IMG/VR virus record: IMGVR_UViG_3300037657_000283
Location: 1-39,169 of that record
Direction: 5' to 3' (one strand)
Origin: a virus
Lineage: Duplodnaviria > Caudoviricetes
DNA length: 39,169 nt
Position numbers and translations under genes: made by a program. Of the stretch, positions 16,898-25,689 are shown in pieces. The notes beneath the pieces were generated by a model. The model had not been told where the DNA came from. It saw only the letters and a program-made list of their open reading frames with translations, and did no database searches. Each line of letters starts with the position of its first letter. Position 1 is the stretch's first letter.

Positions 16898-16945
16898 AGG
16901 ACGGCATCAGGGACCAGAAATGGTTTTTGATGCCGTCCTTTTTTT
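16898..16945 (+). terminator. Intrinsic terminator
   Basis: 19 bp stem (three G-U pairs), GAAA tetraloop, T-run. Confidence 0.85.
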
Positions 16946-16972
16946 GTGCGCACATTTAACCAGGGGAATGAA

Positions 16973-17230
16973 ATGAAACGAATTGTCGTCACGATTGATA
17001 TCGACGAGGCCAAGGCTAAGAACCTGGCTGCAACAAAACTCAACAGTTTGGTTGATATTCCTTTTATCAACGAATCGGTTGAACAGATGGGAATTGAATC
17101 TGTTCTAAATCTCGACAAGTTGGGAATCGATAACGTGGTCAGCAACGGTATTGCTTACATCGAGAAGACCATCGAAACGCTTATCGGTGGCGAATGCATG
17201 ACAACGAAAACCGTCTCGTCTGTCATTTGA
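16973..17230 (+). CDS. Hypothetical protein
   Basis: AGGGG SD before ATG 16973. Confidence 0.65.
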   Translation: MKRIVVTIDIDEAKAKNLAATKLNSLVDIPFINESVEQMGIESVLNLDKLGIDNVVSNGIAYIEKTIETLIGGECMTTKTVSSVI

Positions 17231-17283
17231 TGAGATCACGGTAAGCCGGGGCAACGTGGGGATATGTTGCCGGTTGATCGCGA

Positions 17284-17313
17284 GGCCTGTTATGGACGAC
17301 AGGTTTTTATTTT
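17284..17313 (+). terminator. Possible weak intrinsic terminator
   Basis: GGCCTGTT/GACAGGTT stem followed by TTTATTTT. Confidence 0.4.
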
Positions 17314-17360
17314 GCTGGATGATTTGGGTTTGTTAAGTGTTGCTTTGTTGGGGTGTTGAT

Positions 17361-17708
17361 ATGGAACTTGGCATTAAAGAACTGTTGACGATTGGTGGCA
17401 TTGTATTGTCAGCGCTGCTGATCGTTGGCATTCAGGGTGCAACGTATCTGATTCGCTGGATCCGGTCGCTGTTTCCAAACCAATCAATTGCGAAGGGAGG
17501 TGATCCTAAAGGTATCTCTCGGTCTGCTGATGAACCCGCAACGTCTGGTATGGTTGATTACATCAAGGACATTGCTGAAGCGTGCGGAACCGCTCCTGCT
17601 GAGTTTGTGCTTGAACAATTGAAGACTGGTGTCAGTCGTGATATCGCCAGAGCAAACCGGATCCGCTCCCTTGAGTCACCTGCTGGGGTGAAGGTGGAGG
17701 CGAAATGA
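17361..17708 (+). CDS. Membrane protein, one N-terminal TM (holin-like candidate)
   Basis: LLTIGGIVLSALLIVGI TM segment; ATG 17361. Confidence 0.7.
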   Translation: MELGIKELLTIGGIVLSALLIVGIQGATYLIRWIRSLFPNQSIAKGGDPKGISRSADEPATSGMVDYIKDIAEACGTAPAEFVLEQLKTGVSRDIARANRIRSLESPAGVKVEAK

Positions 17709-18085
17709 CAACCACTCGAATCATCGGCGTTGTGATGTTGTTGCTGACGCTGGGAGTGTATGCAGTCCCTGAATCGGCTTTCAACGTGGTCCCTGTTGTT
17801 GGTGGGGTTGTGATCTTTCGTGATGCGAATTTGCAGCGGTCGGTGATTTGGTCAGAGGCTGCAACGAAGGTTCGAGCCAAAGAATTCAACGCTGACGACA
17901 AGCAGGATGTGCGGAAGAAGATGGGGGAATTTCTTGACGGGAAGTTGAACCCATTGAAAGCTGAAGAAATCAAAGCATTGGCAGTGTTGATGGATGGAGA
18001 ATTTGACCGGCAGGATGTGACGACTGAAACACTCGGGAAGATGTGTGATCAGATTTCAGCAGCATATAAGAGGGCCGGACAATGA
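17705..18085 (+). CDS. Secreted or membrane-anchored hypothetical protein
   Basis: Signal-peptide-like RIIGVVMLLLTLGVYA; GGAGG SD; ATGA overlap. Confidence 0.75.
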   Translation: MTTTRIIGVVMLLLTLGVYAVPESAFNVVPVVGGVVIFRDANLQRSVIWSEAATKVRAKEFNADDKQDVRKKMGEFLDGKLNPLKAEEIKALAVLMDGEFDRQDVTTETLGKMCDQISAAYKRAGQ

Positions 18086-18969
18086 CAGATTTTGTGACGC
18101 CAGAAAATTTCACAGGGTATCGACGTGAACTCGAATCACGCGAGTGGTTTGATTCGTTGCCTGAATTGCCGTTTACATTGCGTGATGTGCAGAAGGCGTG
18201 CGGTTCTGGCGGTCACGATTACGATCCTTTTGACCTGTTTAGTTTTGACCGTGATGACCAGTATAAACAGAATGGTTGCGTAGGCCTTGGGTCGACGAAT
18301 TGCCTTGAAACACTTGTGAGATTTGCAACGGGAAAACAACCGAAACTTTCGCGTCAAATGGCATACATGGGCGCACAGTCCAGATCATTCAGGAATGGAA
18401 AAGCATTGCTTGGAGTTGATCAGGGGGCATATGGTCAGGGTGCGATTGAGTTCATGACGGAAGTTGGATTGGTTGAGGAAAGTTTTTGGCCTTATCCGAA
18501 TCCTGTTGCTTATCCAGGGAAACAAGATTTTATAAACCGGATGAATTCCGAAGCCGTCAAGAATGCACAACATTGGAAGATTCGCAACGCATTCAGAATC
18601 AAAAATATTGATGATGCGTCGGCGTTCACGTTGTCAAAAGCTGGTTGCCTTTTGATTTGTATGTCATGGCCACCAGGAATGGACGCAAATGGCTTATGGA
18701 CATCCTATAACCCATTACTCAAAAGCGGCCATTGTGTGATGTCGCCATTCAAAACCAAGCTGGTTTTAGATCGTCAGGGCAGACCGACATTCCCGATTGT
18801 GAATTCGCATTATGCGACATATGGGAAAAAGGGGTTCGGATTCTGTTCAGATTCGATCATGCAAAAAATGATCGAGGACAAAACGGCATTCATTGCCGGG
18901 ATCACTGATCTTGTTTCGCCGGGGCCGGACTCACGGCGTTTTGTTGATAATCCAATTTTAGGAGTGTGA
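18082..18969 (+). CDS. Papain-like (C1 family) cysteine peptidase
   Basis: DQYKQNGCVG (oxyanion Gln, catalytic Cys), LSRQMAY, DQGAY, E..WPY, GHCV (His), VNSH..YGKKGFG (Asn). Confidence 0.88.
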   Translation: MTDFVTPENFTGYRRELESREWFDSLPELPFTLRDVQKACGSGGHDYDPFDLFSFDRDDQYKQNGCVGLGSTNCLETLVRFATGKQPKLSRQMAYMGAQSRSFRNGKALLGVDQGAYGQGAIEFMTEVGLVEESFWPYPNPVAYPGKQDFINRMNSEAVKNAQHWKIRNAFRIKNIDDASAFTLSKAGCLLICMSWPPGMDANGLWTSYNPLLKSGHCVMSPFKTKLVLDRQGRPTFPIVNSHYATYGKKGFGFCSDSIMQKMIEDKTAFIAGITDLVSPGPDSRRFVDNPILGV

Positions 18970-18991
18970 GAAAATGAGAAAAGATTGTGCG

Positions 18992-19714
18992 ATGAAGTTT
19001 CTTGTTTTGGCAGTGGTCGTGGCATTGTTTGCGACGATGCCGGGTTGTGGTTTGACGAACGCGAAGGCTGATCAAGGCTATTCGATCACAGATACAACGA
19101 AGATCACCGAACCGATCATCGCCAAAATTGATTCGGTTGCCGCGACATCAACGGCCAGTATTAAAGAGATCATTGAACAGCAACGCCAAGAAATGATGAC
19201 CGACATCAAAAAGATGTACGATGAAAACAGTGCCAGTCGTAAGCGGACAAGGTCTGAAGCTGTTGAAGAAAACGATGGTAAGGAAAACACAAGTCCGGGG
19301 GATTCGACCACACAAACATCACCTGATAAAGCTGGTTTGGATACACCCCGACTTGTGACCATCAATGGAAAACTTGTCGATGCTGATTCGTTTATCGGTG
19401 GGTATTGGAAGCGTGATTGGACGTATCCTGGCGGGATTGAAGGTCACATTGTTGAGCATGGTGTGAAGCCTGACGAGATTAAAGATTTCACGTTGAGCGA
19501 CTTGGAACGATTGCATGCAGCAATTCATGAGCAGGAACTGGAAGGTTCAGCGGTGAAGAAAGTTTCGCAATCTGCAGTGAAATCGAAGTCCGTTCAGCTC
19601 GTTGGGAATCAGGGGCAGGTGAGTAAATATTCAACGTATGCAAGAACGTCTGGTTGTCCTAATGGGCAATGCCCTGTGCAGCAGTATTCGTACCGAACGA
19701 TTCGTCGGCGTTGA
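18992..19714 (+). CDS. Putative lipoprotein with His-rich motif and CPNGQCP tail
   Basis: MKFLVLAVVVALFATMPG-C lipobox-like; coiled coil; HIVEH...LHAAIH; SGCPNGQCP..RRR end. Confidence 0.75.
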   Translation: MKFLVLAVVVALFATMPGCGLTNAKADQGYSITDTTKITEPIIAKIDSVAATSTASIKEIIEQQRQEMMTDIKKMYDENSASRKRTRSEAVEENDGKENTSPGDSTTQTSPDKAGLDTPRLVTINGKLVDADSFIGGYWKRDWTYPGGIEGHIVEHGVKPDEIKDFTLSDLERLHAAIHEQELEGSAVKKVSQSAVKSKSVQLVGNQGQVSKYSTYARTSGCPNGQCPVQQYSYRTIRRR

Positions 19715-19722
19715 TATTGATT

Positions 19723-19812
19723 GAGCCAGTGACAGTTGGGTCCGTTAGCAAGTTAACGTTGCATGCAACAACACGAGCGAGACGAAAGATAGTTCGAATC
19801 TATCCTGGTTCA
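19723..19812 (+). ncRNA. tRNA-like element (acceptor stem plus canonical T-arm, non-canonical core)
   Basis: GAGCCAG/CTGGTTC-A acceptor; GATAG-TTCGAAT-CTATC T-arm; GAC-AGTTGG-GTC D-like arm; CGTTA-GCAAGT-TAACG arm. Confidence 0.65.
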
Positions 19813-19828
19813 TTAAAGGTTTAGAAAA

Positions 19829-20158
19829 ATGAACTTCACCGCAAAAGCCATGAGAGAATGCAATATTGAAGCCCGTCACATCTCGCGGGTGAATGCGATA
19901 CTCACGGCTTTCGTTGAAGAGGGTCCACGCACGAAACACGATGCTCGAAAGGTAGCTCGGGAAGCGTTGCAGTCATTGTCGAATGAAGAGAGCAACGGAC
20001 AGAAAGCAGTTGGATTCGCTGGCATCGGTGGGTTTTTGTTGTGGATGACAATACGGATCATAGTCACAGCGTTGGTCGATTGGTGGTTTAAGCCAACGTT
20101 ATTCGGCAGTGAGTCAGTGTCACCGATGGTGATGGCTCAATTAGATGAGGAAATGTAA
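19829..20158 (+). CDS. Membrane protein
   Basis: TM segment GFAGIGGFLLWMTIRIIVTALVDWWF. Confidence 0.75.
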   Translation: MNFTAKAMRECNIEARHISRVNAILTAFVEEGPRTKHDARKVAREALQSLSNEESNGQKAVGFAGIGGFLLWMTIRIIVTALVDWWFKPTLFGSESVSPMVMAQLDEEM

Positions 20159-20161
20159 GAA

Positions 20162-20449
20162 ATGGATTTCGATACTGCATTGGCGAATCTTGGATTGGGT
20201 GGCACCTTGTTGATATTCATGTGGCGTGCTGCTGTGTGGATGGCACCACGTGCAGAAAAGTTTCTGGATTCACACATCACATTTGTGAATGCAATTAAGG
20301 AATGTCAGATAAAGCAAACTGAAATGATCAATGATGTTTATCGCATTGTCAGTACATCCGACTTTTGCCGGGTCGGGAAATGCGACGAATGCAAAAAGCT
20401 TGAGTACAAACCAGAGCCCGGTAATCGTTCGGGTGAAATAAAAAACTGA
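20162..20449 (+). CDS. Small membrane protein (holin-like candidate)
   Basis: N-terminal TM LGLGGTLLIFMWRAAVW, charged C-terminus, directly upstream of terminase. Confidence 0.7.
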   Translation: MDFDTALANLGLGGTLLIFMWRAAVWMAPRAEKFLDSHITFVNAIKECQIKQTEMINDVYRIVSTSDFCRVGKCDECKKLEYKPEPGNRSGEIKN

Positions 20450-20473
20450 TCCCGATTGGATTAACGCAGCAAT

Positions 20474-22546
20474 ATGGCAGGACGTCCCAAGCAATTCACG
20501 GATGCAGAAAACTACGAACGCCACAAAGCAAGGGTGTCGGACCGTGAACGTAAAATGTCTGCGAGTACGCGAGACATTGGACAGATCCCAGCTGCAATAA
20601 AAGGTGATCTCAAGGAAGAGTGTCGGTTCAATTTAGAATTGTATTGCACATCATTTTTCCCTGATCTGTTCCCGCTGGATTTTTCAGATGACCATCGCAC
20701 CGTTATTGCATCACTTGAGAGATCGATACTTGAAGGTGATCTATCAGCAGTTGCCATGCCTCGCGGAAGCGGCAAGACCACACTAACGATCATTGCTTGT
20801 ATGTGGGCAATCACTTATGGGCATCGTCGATTCTTTGCTTTGATTGGTGCCACTGAGTCACACGCGAACAATCTCATTGCTGTGATAAAGTCGTTATTCG
20901 CCAATAACGATAACCTCTTGGATGCTTTCCCTGAAATCGCTTTCCCGATTCGATGCTTGCAAGGCCTTTCGATTCGGTGTAATGGCCAGTTGTGCGAGGG
21001 GCAAAGAACAGAAATCACTTGGCAAATTGACAAGATTGTATTCCCGACGATCCCCGGAAGCGAAGCCAGCGGATCCGTGGTTATGTCATCCGGAATCACT
21101 GGTGCTGTTCGCGGCCTGATGCATCTTACAGCCGATGGTGAATTGTTAAGACCTGACATTTTTATCGCTGACGATCCACAAACAGACGAGTCAGCGGCTT
21201 CGCCAAGCCAGACAGCCAAGCGGTTGAAGACATTGACCGGGACGATTGAGGGGCTTTGCGGACCTACTGTAAAGATGTCTGGTGTCGTCCCCTGCACTGT
21301 GATTCAGCCGGGCGATTTGGCAGATCAGTTATTGGATCGGAAGAAGTACCCACAGTACCACGGCATTAAAACAAAGATGCTTGTCAGTTTTCCTGATCTC
21401 GACGCACTGAAACTTTGGGAAAATGAGTACGACGATATTCGTCGCGAGTGCCTTACCAATGAGGAACCGATCACCAGGGCCACGGAATATTATTTAGCGA
21501 ACATGGAGACAATGAATCGGGGCGCTAAGGTTTCATGGGAGCAACGTTTTAACCAGGGTGAGGCATCTGCAATTCAGAATGCAATGAATCTTTGGCTGAA
21601 AAACCGATCAACATTCATGGCGGAATACCAGAATGATCCTGAAGGATTGTTGGCGGTCGAGGGTGCTGTTGTTGTTGATGCCAAAGAGATCATTGGCAAG
21701 ACAAACGAGTATCGACTTCGAGAAGTTCCCGAAGATACGAGCAAAATCACAGGGTTTATCGATGTTCAAAAGCGTTTGCTGTATTGGTATTTAATCGCAT
21801 GGAACGATTATGGTGGCGGCAAAGTGATCGGCTTTGGGGTCTTCCCCGATCAGAATGTACCATATTTTGTGGCGAATGATGCCCGGCAAACATTTGATCG
21901 GAAGTATAAAAACTGCACGGTAGAAGTTCAGATCGGTAAGGCACTCAATGAGCTGGTTGGATTTCTTGTTTCATTTCCTCTTGGGTCAAGAAACACTGTT
22001 GACGCGATCATGATCGACGCCAACTGGAGCGAATCCCGCAAAGTTGTGTATCAGTTTTGTCAGTCATTCACAGCCGTGAAATGTACTCCTTCGCATGGTC
22101 GCGGTGTACTCGCAGCTGATCGGCCAATGAGCGAATGGAAACACGACAAGGGAGACCGCAAGGGTGACAACTGGCGGATCCCGTACAAAGCGCCTGATCG
22201 TGTTCGGCATTGCGTTTATGACACGAACTTTTGGAAGTCTCGGGTGAAAAGCAAATTATTGCTGCCTCTTGGTCATAAAGAGGGGATCGAGTTTCACCAT
22301 CCCGAAGATCCGCAACGTCACAAGCTCATGATTGATCATCTGGTTTCGGAGTATAGCGTTGAAACTGCAGGTCGGGGCAGGCGTGTTGATGTATGGTCCA
22401 TGATGCCTGGACGACCCGACAACCACTGGTGGGATTGTCTTGTTGGTGCGGCTGTTTGTGGATCAACGCAAGGTGTTCAGTTTGGAGAAGCGAAGGTATC
22501 GGCCATAAAGAAAAAGAGAAAGCGGGCAGTGGTATATGACATCTGA
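20474..22546 (+). CDS. terL: Terminase large subunit (GpA-like nuclease domain)
   Basis: Walker A MPRGSGKTT, Walker B IFIADD, AEYQNDP, nuclease GFIDVQ and NHWWDC. Confidence 0.93.
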   Translation: MAGRPKQFTDAENYERHKARVSDRERKMSASTRDIGQIPAAIKGDLKEECRFNLELYCTSFFPDLFPLDFSDDHRTVIASLERSILEGDLSAVAMPRGSGKTTLTIIACMWAITYGHRRFFALIGATESHANNLIAVIKSLFANNDNLLDAFPEIAFPIRCLQGLSIRCNGQLCEGQRTEITWQIDKIVFPTIPGSEASGSVVMSSGITGAVRGLMHLTADGELLRPDIFIADDPQTDESAASPSQTAKRLKTLTGTIEGLCGPTVKMSGVVPCTVIQPGDLADQLLDRKKYPQYHGIKTKMLVSFPDLDALKLWENEYDDIRRECLTNEEPITRATEYYLANMETMNRGAKVSWEQRFNQGEASAIQNAMNLWLKNRSTFMAEYQNDPEGLLAVEGAVVVDAKEIIGKTNEYRLREVPEDTSKITGFIDVQKRLLYWYLIAWNDYGGGKVIGFGVFPDQNVPYFVANDARQTFDRKYKNCTVEVQIGKALNELVGFLVSFPLGSRNTVDAIMIDANWSESRKVVYQFCQSFTAVKCTPSHGRGVLAADRPMSEWKHDKGDRKGDNWRIPYKAPDRVRHCVYDTNFWKSRVKSKLLLPLGHKEGIEFHHPEDPQRHKLMIDHLVSEYSVETAGRGRRVDVWSMMPGRPDNHWWDCLVGAAVCGSTQGVQFGEAKVSAIKKKRKRAVVYDI

Positions 22547-22790
22547 TTCAAAATTACGCGGACGACCAAAAGGACAGCCGAACAATGAGTACGCCGAAAT
22601 CATTGAAGTGAAAACACGTTGCCCTAAATGCAGCATGACCGAATTCACACCTGAAAGATTCGTTCGGCATTGCGCACACAACGGCATTGCGCCTGACGGC
22701 AAGCCCTACACAAAGATAAACATCGTTGCGAAACGATGCATTTCCTGTGGTCAAGCTACCCTAGTGAAGAAATATTTCAACGAAAAGTAA
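22536..22790 (+). CDS. Zinc-ribbon protein with AT-hook-like N-terminus
   Basis: RGRPKG, CPKC...CISC. Confidence 0.75.
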   Translation: MTSDSKLRGRPKGQPNNEYAEIIEVKTRCPKCSMTEFTPERFVRHCAHNGIAPDGKPYTKINIVAKRCISCGQATLVKKYFNEK

Positions 22791-22794
22791 CTTT

Positions 22795-22814
22795 ATAATA
22801 GTGATCGCTATTAT
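22795..22814. promoter_or_regulatory. 20 bp palindromic operator-like site, copy 2
   Basis: ATAATAGTGATCGCTATTAT, near-perfect palindrome in the intergenic gap before head genes. Confidence 0.7.
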
Positions 22815-22856
22815 CTCGTGTTGATACTGATGTTTGCTATCAGCATTATTGTATCC

Positions 22857-23060
22857 ATGGCAGATAATTCCGCTCGTATCACTGCAATCAACAACATCTT
22901 AGCCGCTGGCGTTTCGTCAACAACTGTTGATGGCCAGTCCGTGAGCTATGACTTTGAGACGTTGCGCCGTGAACGTGCAATCCTGATCGACCTAGATGAC
23001 GTGGCGAGCAAGAAACAGAAGTCATTGTTCTTAGGGTGCGACCTGGGAGGGCGGGTATGA
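22857..23060 (+). CDS. Head-tail joining protein (gpW-like)
   Basis: GVSSTTVDGQSVSYDFETLRRER pattern; between terminase and a lambda-type portal. Confidence 0.75.
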   Translation: MADNSARITAINNILAAGVSSTTVDGQSVSYDFETLRRERAILIDLDDVASKKQKSLFLGCDLGGRV

Positions 23061-24511
23061 TTGCCGCAATCCAGAATCGCGTGAAGACAATGTTTGGATA
23101 TCAGGCCACTGAATCCAGTGGAAGACGTAAAATCGCTTCCCCTCATGTTCGATCTGAAGACGTTGAATTAAATCCGTCGAAGCGAAAACAGCTTCAGGCT
23201 TCCACCCGTGATATCGTTCGGAATTACTCTGTTGCTCAATGGGCAATTGAAAAACACCTTGATTTCGTGTCTGGTTTTAGCTTACTTCCGACATCTGGTA
23301 GTAAGCGTGACGATGATTTGTTGAAGCTGATGCAGGAATGGTCACTGCCTGAGAACTGCGATATCTCAGGGCGTCACTCACTTAGCACAATGGTACGAAT
23401 GGCTGAAGGTCTGGCGGTTTTAGACGGTGACGTTCTTGTCGCGAAATATAAAACTGGGCATATCCAGTTGATTGAGTCAGATCGTGTTAAATCGACCGAC
23501 GCAGATCAGATACACGGTATAAAAGTTGATCAGTTTGGACGTCGCGTTTCGTACTCTGTCCATCGTCGTAATGGATCTGCACTGGAATTTGAGCGAAATG
23601 TTCCAGCTGCAAACATGTTACAACATGGATACTTCCAGTATTACGATCAATATCGCGGTATTAGTCCGTGGAAATCGGGCATAAATAGCCTAGTCGATGC
23701 TTATGAAAATGTAGACTATGCACTAGCTAAGTCGAAGTTACATCAACTATTTGCGTTGGCAATCTATCGTGAATCTGGAGTAGACCCAGACGGAACGGAA
23801 GATGATGAAGATGCTGACGACGATCACCCGTACAAGAAGATAAAACTTGGCGATAAACCGCAGATTCTTCAGCTTGATCCTGGTGATAAAGCGGAGGTTA
23901 TGGAATCTAACACACCTTCAGCTAACTTCCGCGAGTTCATGCAGTCGACGATTTCGGTGGCGCTGAAGGCTATTGATATTCCTTACTGCTTTTACGACGA
24001 GAATTACACGAATTTCTTTGGATCCCGCGCAGCTTTAATGCTGTATCTGGAGTCATGCCGTCGCAAACGCAATCGTTTGATTGAATTGTTGACAGCGCTG
24101 ACCAACTGGAAAATTTCCCAGTGGATTTCGCAGGGTCGATTGCGAATGGCAATTGATCAACCGTTGCCGTTTCGCTGGGTGCATGCCGGGGTGCCGTGGT
24201 GGAATCCGCAAGTGGAAATTGCTGCCGATGTGCAGTGTGTTGATTCGGCCTTGCGTTGTCGTCAGGAGATCCGCTTGGAGCGATTTGGCGATGACTGGTT
24301 TGATGTGGTTGATCGACTCGCGGAAGAACAAGAATACCTTGCAACTAAGGGTGTCAGCACCGTTTCCAAGAATGGGAATGGATCGCCAGTAGGTGTGACA
24401 ACTCCCGCTCCTGCTAAAGATGATCCAAACGAAATTGATTCACGCGGTGACGACGATAAGAATCCCGCTGTTACAGACGAGAAAAAGGACAATCCCAATG
24501 CCTCAAATTGA
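23057..24511 (+). CDS. Portal protein, lambda family
   Basis: RDIVRN, QYRGISP, LDPGDK, NYTNFFGSRAAL, WWNP..EI.A; size and position; GGAGG SD. Confidence 0.9.
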   Translation: MIAAIQNRVKTMFGYQATESSGRRKIASPHVRSEDVELNPSKRKQLQASTRDIVRNYSVAQWAIEKHLDFVSGFSLLPTSGSKRDDDLLKLMQEWSLPENCDISGRHSLSTMVRMAEGLAVLDGDVLVAKYKTGHIQLIESDRVKSTDADQIHGIKVDQFGRRVSYSVHRRNGSALEFERNVPAANMLQHGYFQYYDQYRGISPWKSGINSLVDAYENVDYALAKSKLHQLFALAIYRESGVDPDGTEDDEDADDDHPYKKIKLGDKPQILQLDPGDKAEVMESNTPSANFREFMQSTISVALKAIDIPYCFYDENYTNFFGSRAALMLYLESCRRKRNRLIELLTALTNWKISQWISQGRLRMAIDQPLPFRWVHAGVPWWNPQVEIAADVQCVDSALRCRQEIRLERFGDDWFDVVDRLAEEQEYLATKGVSTVSKNGNGSPVGVTTPAPAKDDPNEIDSRGDDDKNPAVTDEKKDNPNASN

Positions 24512-25601
24512 TCTCAGTAAACCAAATACAACGAAGCGTGAACGTGTTTCATTTGCCTCGCCATTTGCCGGTGATGATTGCGAATACGCTGCTGGCGGGA
24601 AGTTTGGCGGTGGCCAGATCAAGAATGCCTCACTGATTACGCGTGGTGAAGCTCTCGGTCATGGTATGTGGATTGACAACGTGATGTTGCATCAAGTTGC
24701 CGATGCTCTGAATGCCAGCGAAGACGGAATCAAATCACGCTTCACCCATCCTGGCATGTCGTCCGATGGCATGGGCAAGGCGACCGGGAAATATTTCAAC
24801 GCTCGTGTTGATGGTGATCAAGTCAAAGTCGATCACCACTTCTATAAATCAGCGAAGGAAAGCCCAGGCCATGGGGATTTGCCAAGTTACTTGATGAATC
24901 TCTCCAAGGAAGATCCCAAAGCATTTGGACTTTCCATTGTGTTCAATCGCGACAAGGAAGGCATGTCAAAGTTTTCGGACGAAAACAAGTCCGAAGATGG
25001 TTCGTTCAAATCACCTGACGAGTTGAACGAAAAGCATCTTCCGCATGTTCGCCTGGGCAAATTGTTCGCAGGTGATTTCGTCGATGATCCAGCGGCAAAC
25101 CCGAACGGCCTTTTCCATAACAACGAAGAGTTGTTTTCGATCTTGGAAGAATCTCAAGGAAGCCTTGAATTCGTGCTGGGACTGTCGGACGAAAAGCCTT
25201 CCGATGTCTTTGGCGTCGAGGCTGATCGGGCTAAAGCATTCGTTGAACGTATCCTGTTATCGAAGGGGTTCACGCTCGCAAAGAAAACTGATCCAGTCAA
25301 GGAAGACAATGTTGATCTCACGCAACGTCTTCGCGAGTTGACTGAGAAGTACGGGGCAACAGTCGCGACTGATGCCGTTCTCAACGGCAAGTCAGAGCAT
25401 CAGATTGTGGCTGATCTGTATTCATCGTTGCAGACTACTCACAAGGATCTGCAACAACAATTTGAAGAGTTGAAACGGTTCTCAGCTGGTGGCGAAACAG
25501 AGCCGTTGAGTCAAGGCAAAGAAAAGCCAGAAGAGAAAAAGGTCTCTCATACTGGTCTTTCCCCAGGTGTCCAGCGTTACGTTGACGCGACGAAAAACTG
25601 A
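24498..25601 (+). CDS. Prohead protease / scaffold
   Basis: SRFTHP, FGLSIVF, DFVDDPAANPNGLF; helical C-terminus; between portal and capsid. Confidence 0.75.
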   Translation: MPQIDLSKPNTTKRERVSFASPFAGDDCEYAAGGKFGGGQIKNASLITRGEALGHGMWIDNVMLHQVADALNASEDGIKSRFTHPGMSSDGMGKATGKYFNARVDGDQVKVDHHFYKSAKESPGHGDLPSYLMNLSKEDPKAFGLSIVFNRDKEGMSKFSDENKSEDGSFKSPDELNEKHLPHVRLGKLFAGDFVDDPAANPNGLFHNNEELFSILEESQGSLEFVLGLSDEKPSDVFGVEADRAKAFVERILLSKGFTLAKKTDPVKEDNVDLTQRLRELTEKYGATVATDAVLNGKSEHQIVADLYSSLQTTHKDLQQQFEELKRFSAGGETEPLSQGKEKPEEKKVSHTGLSPGVQRYVDATKN

Positions 25602-25605
25602 TTTT

Positions 25606-25650
25606 CACCCAAACACACACAAGTAAACACACACACACACACAAACACTA
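25606..25650 (+). repeat. CA-rich tract including (AC)8 upstream of the capsid gene
   Basis: CACCCAAACACACACAAGTAAACACACACACACACACAAACACTA. Confidence 0.9.
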
Positions 25651-25689
25651 CGAATTCACAATTTCTTTTTCATTTGAAGGGTCTCTGAA

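Noticed and set aside
20512-21297. Long antisense ORFs in terminase (and similar ones in the tape measure and at 33172-33690)
   Set aside because: Shadow frames of well-supported genes with no motifs or SD
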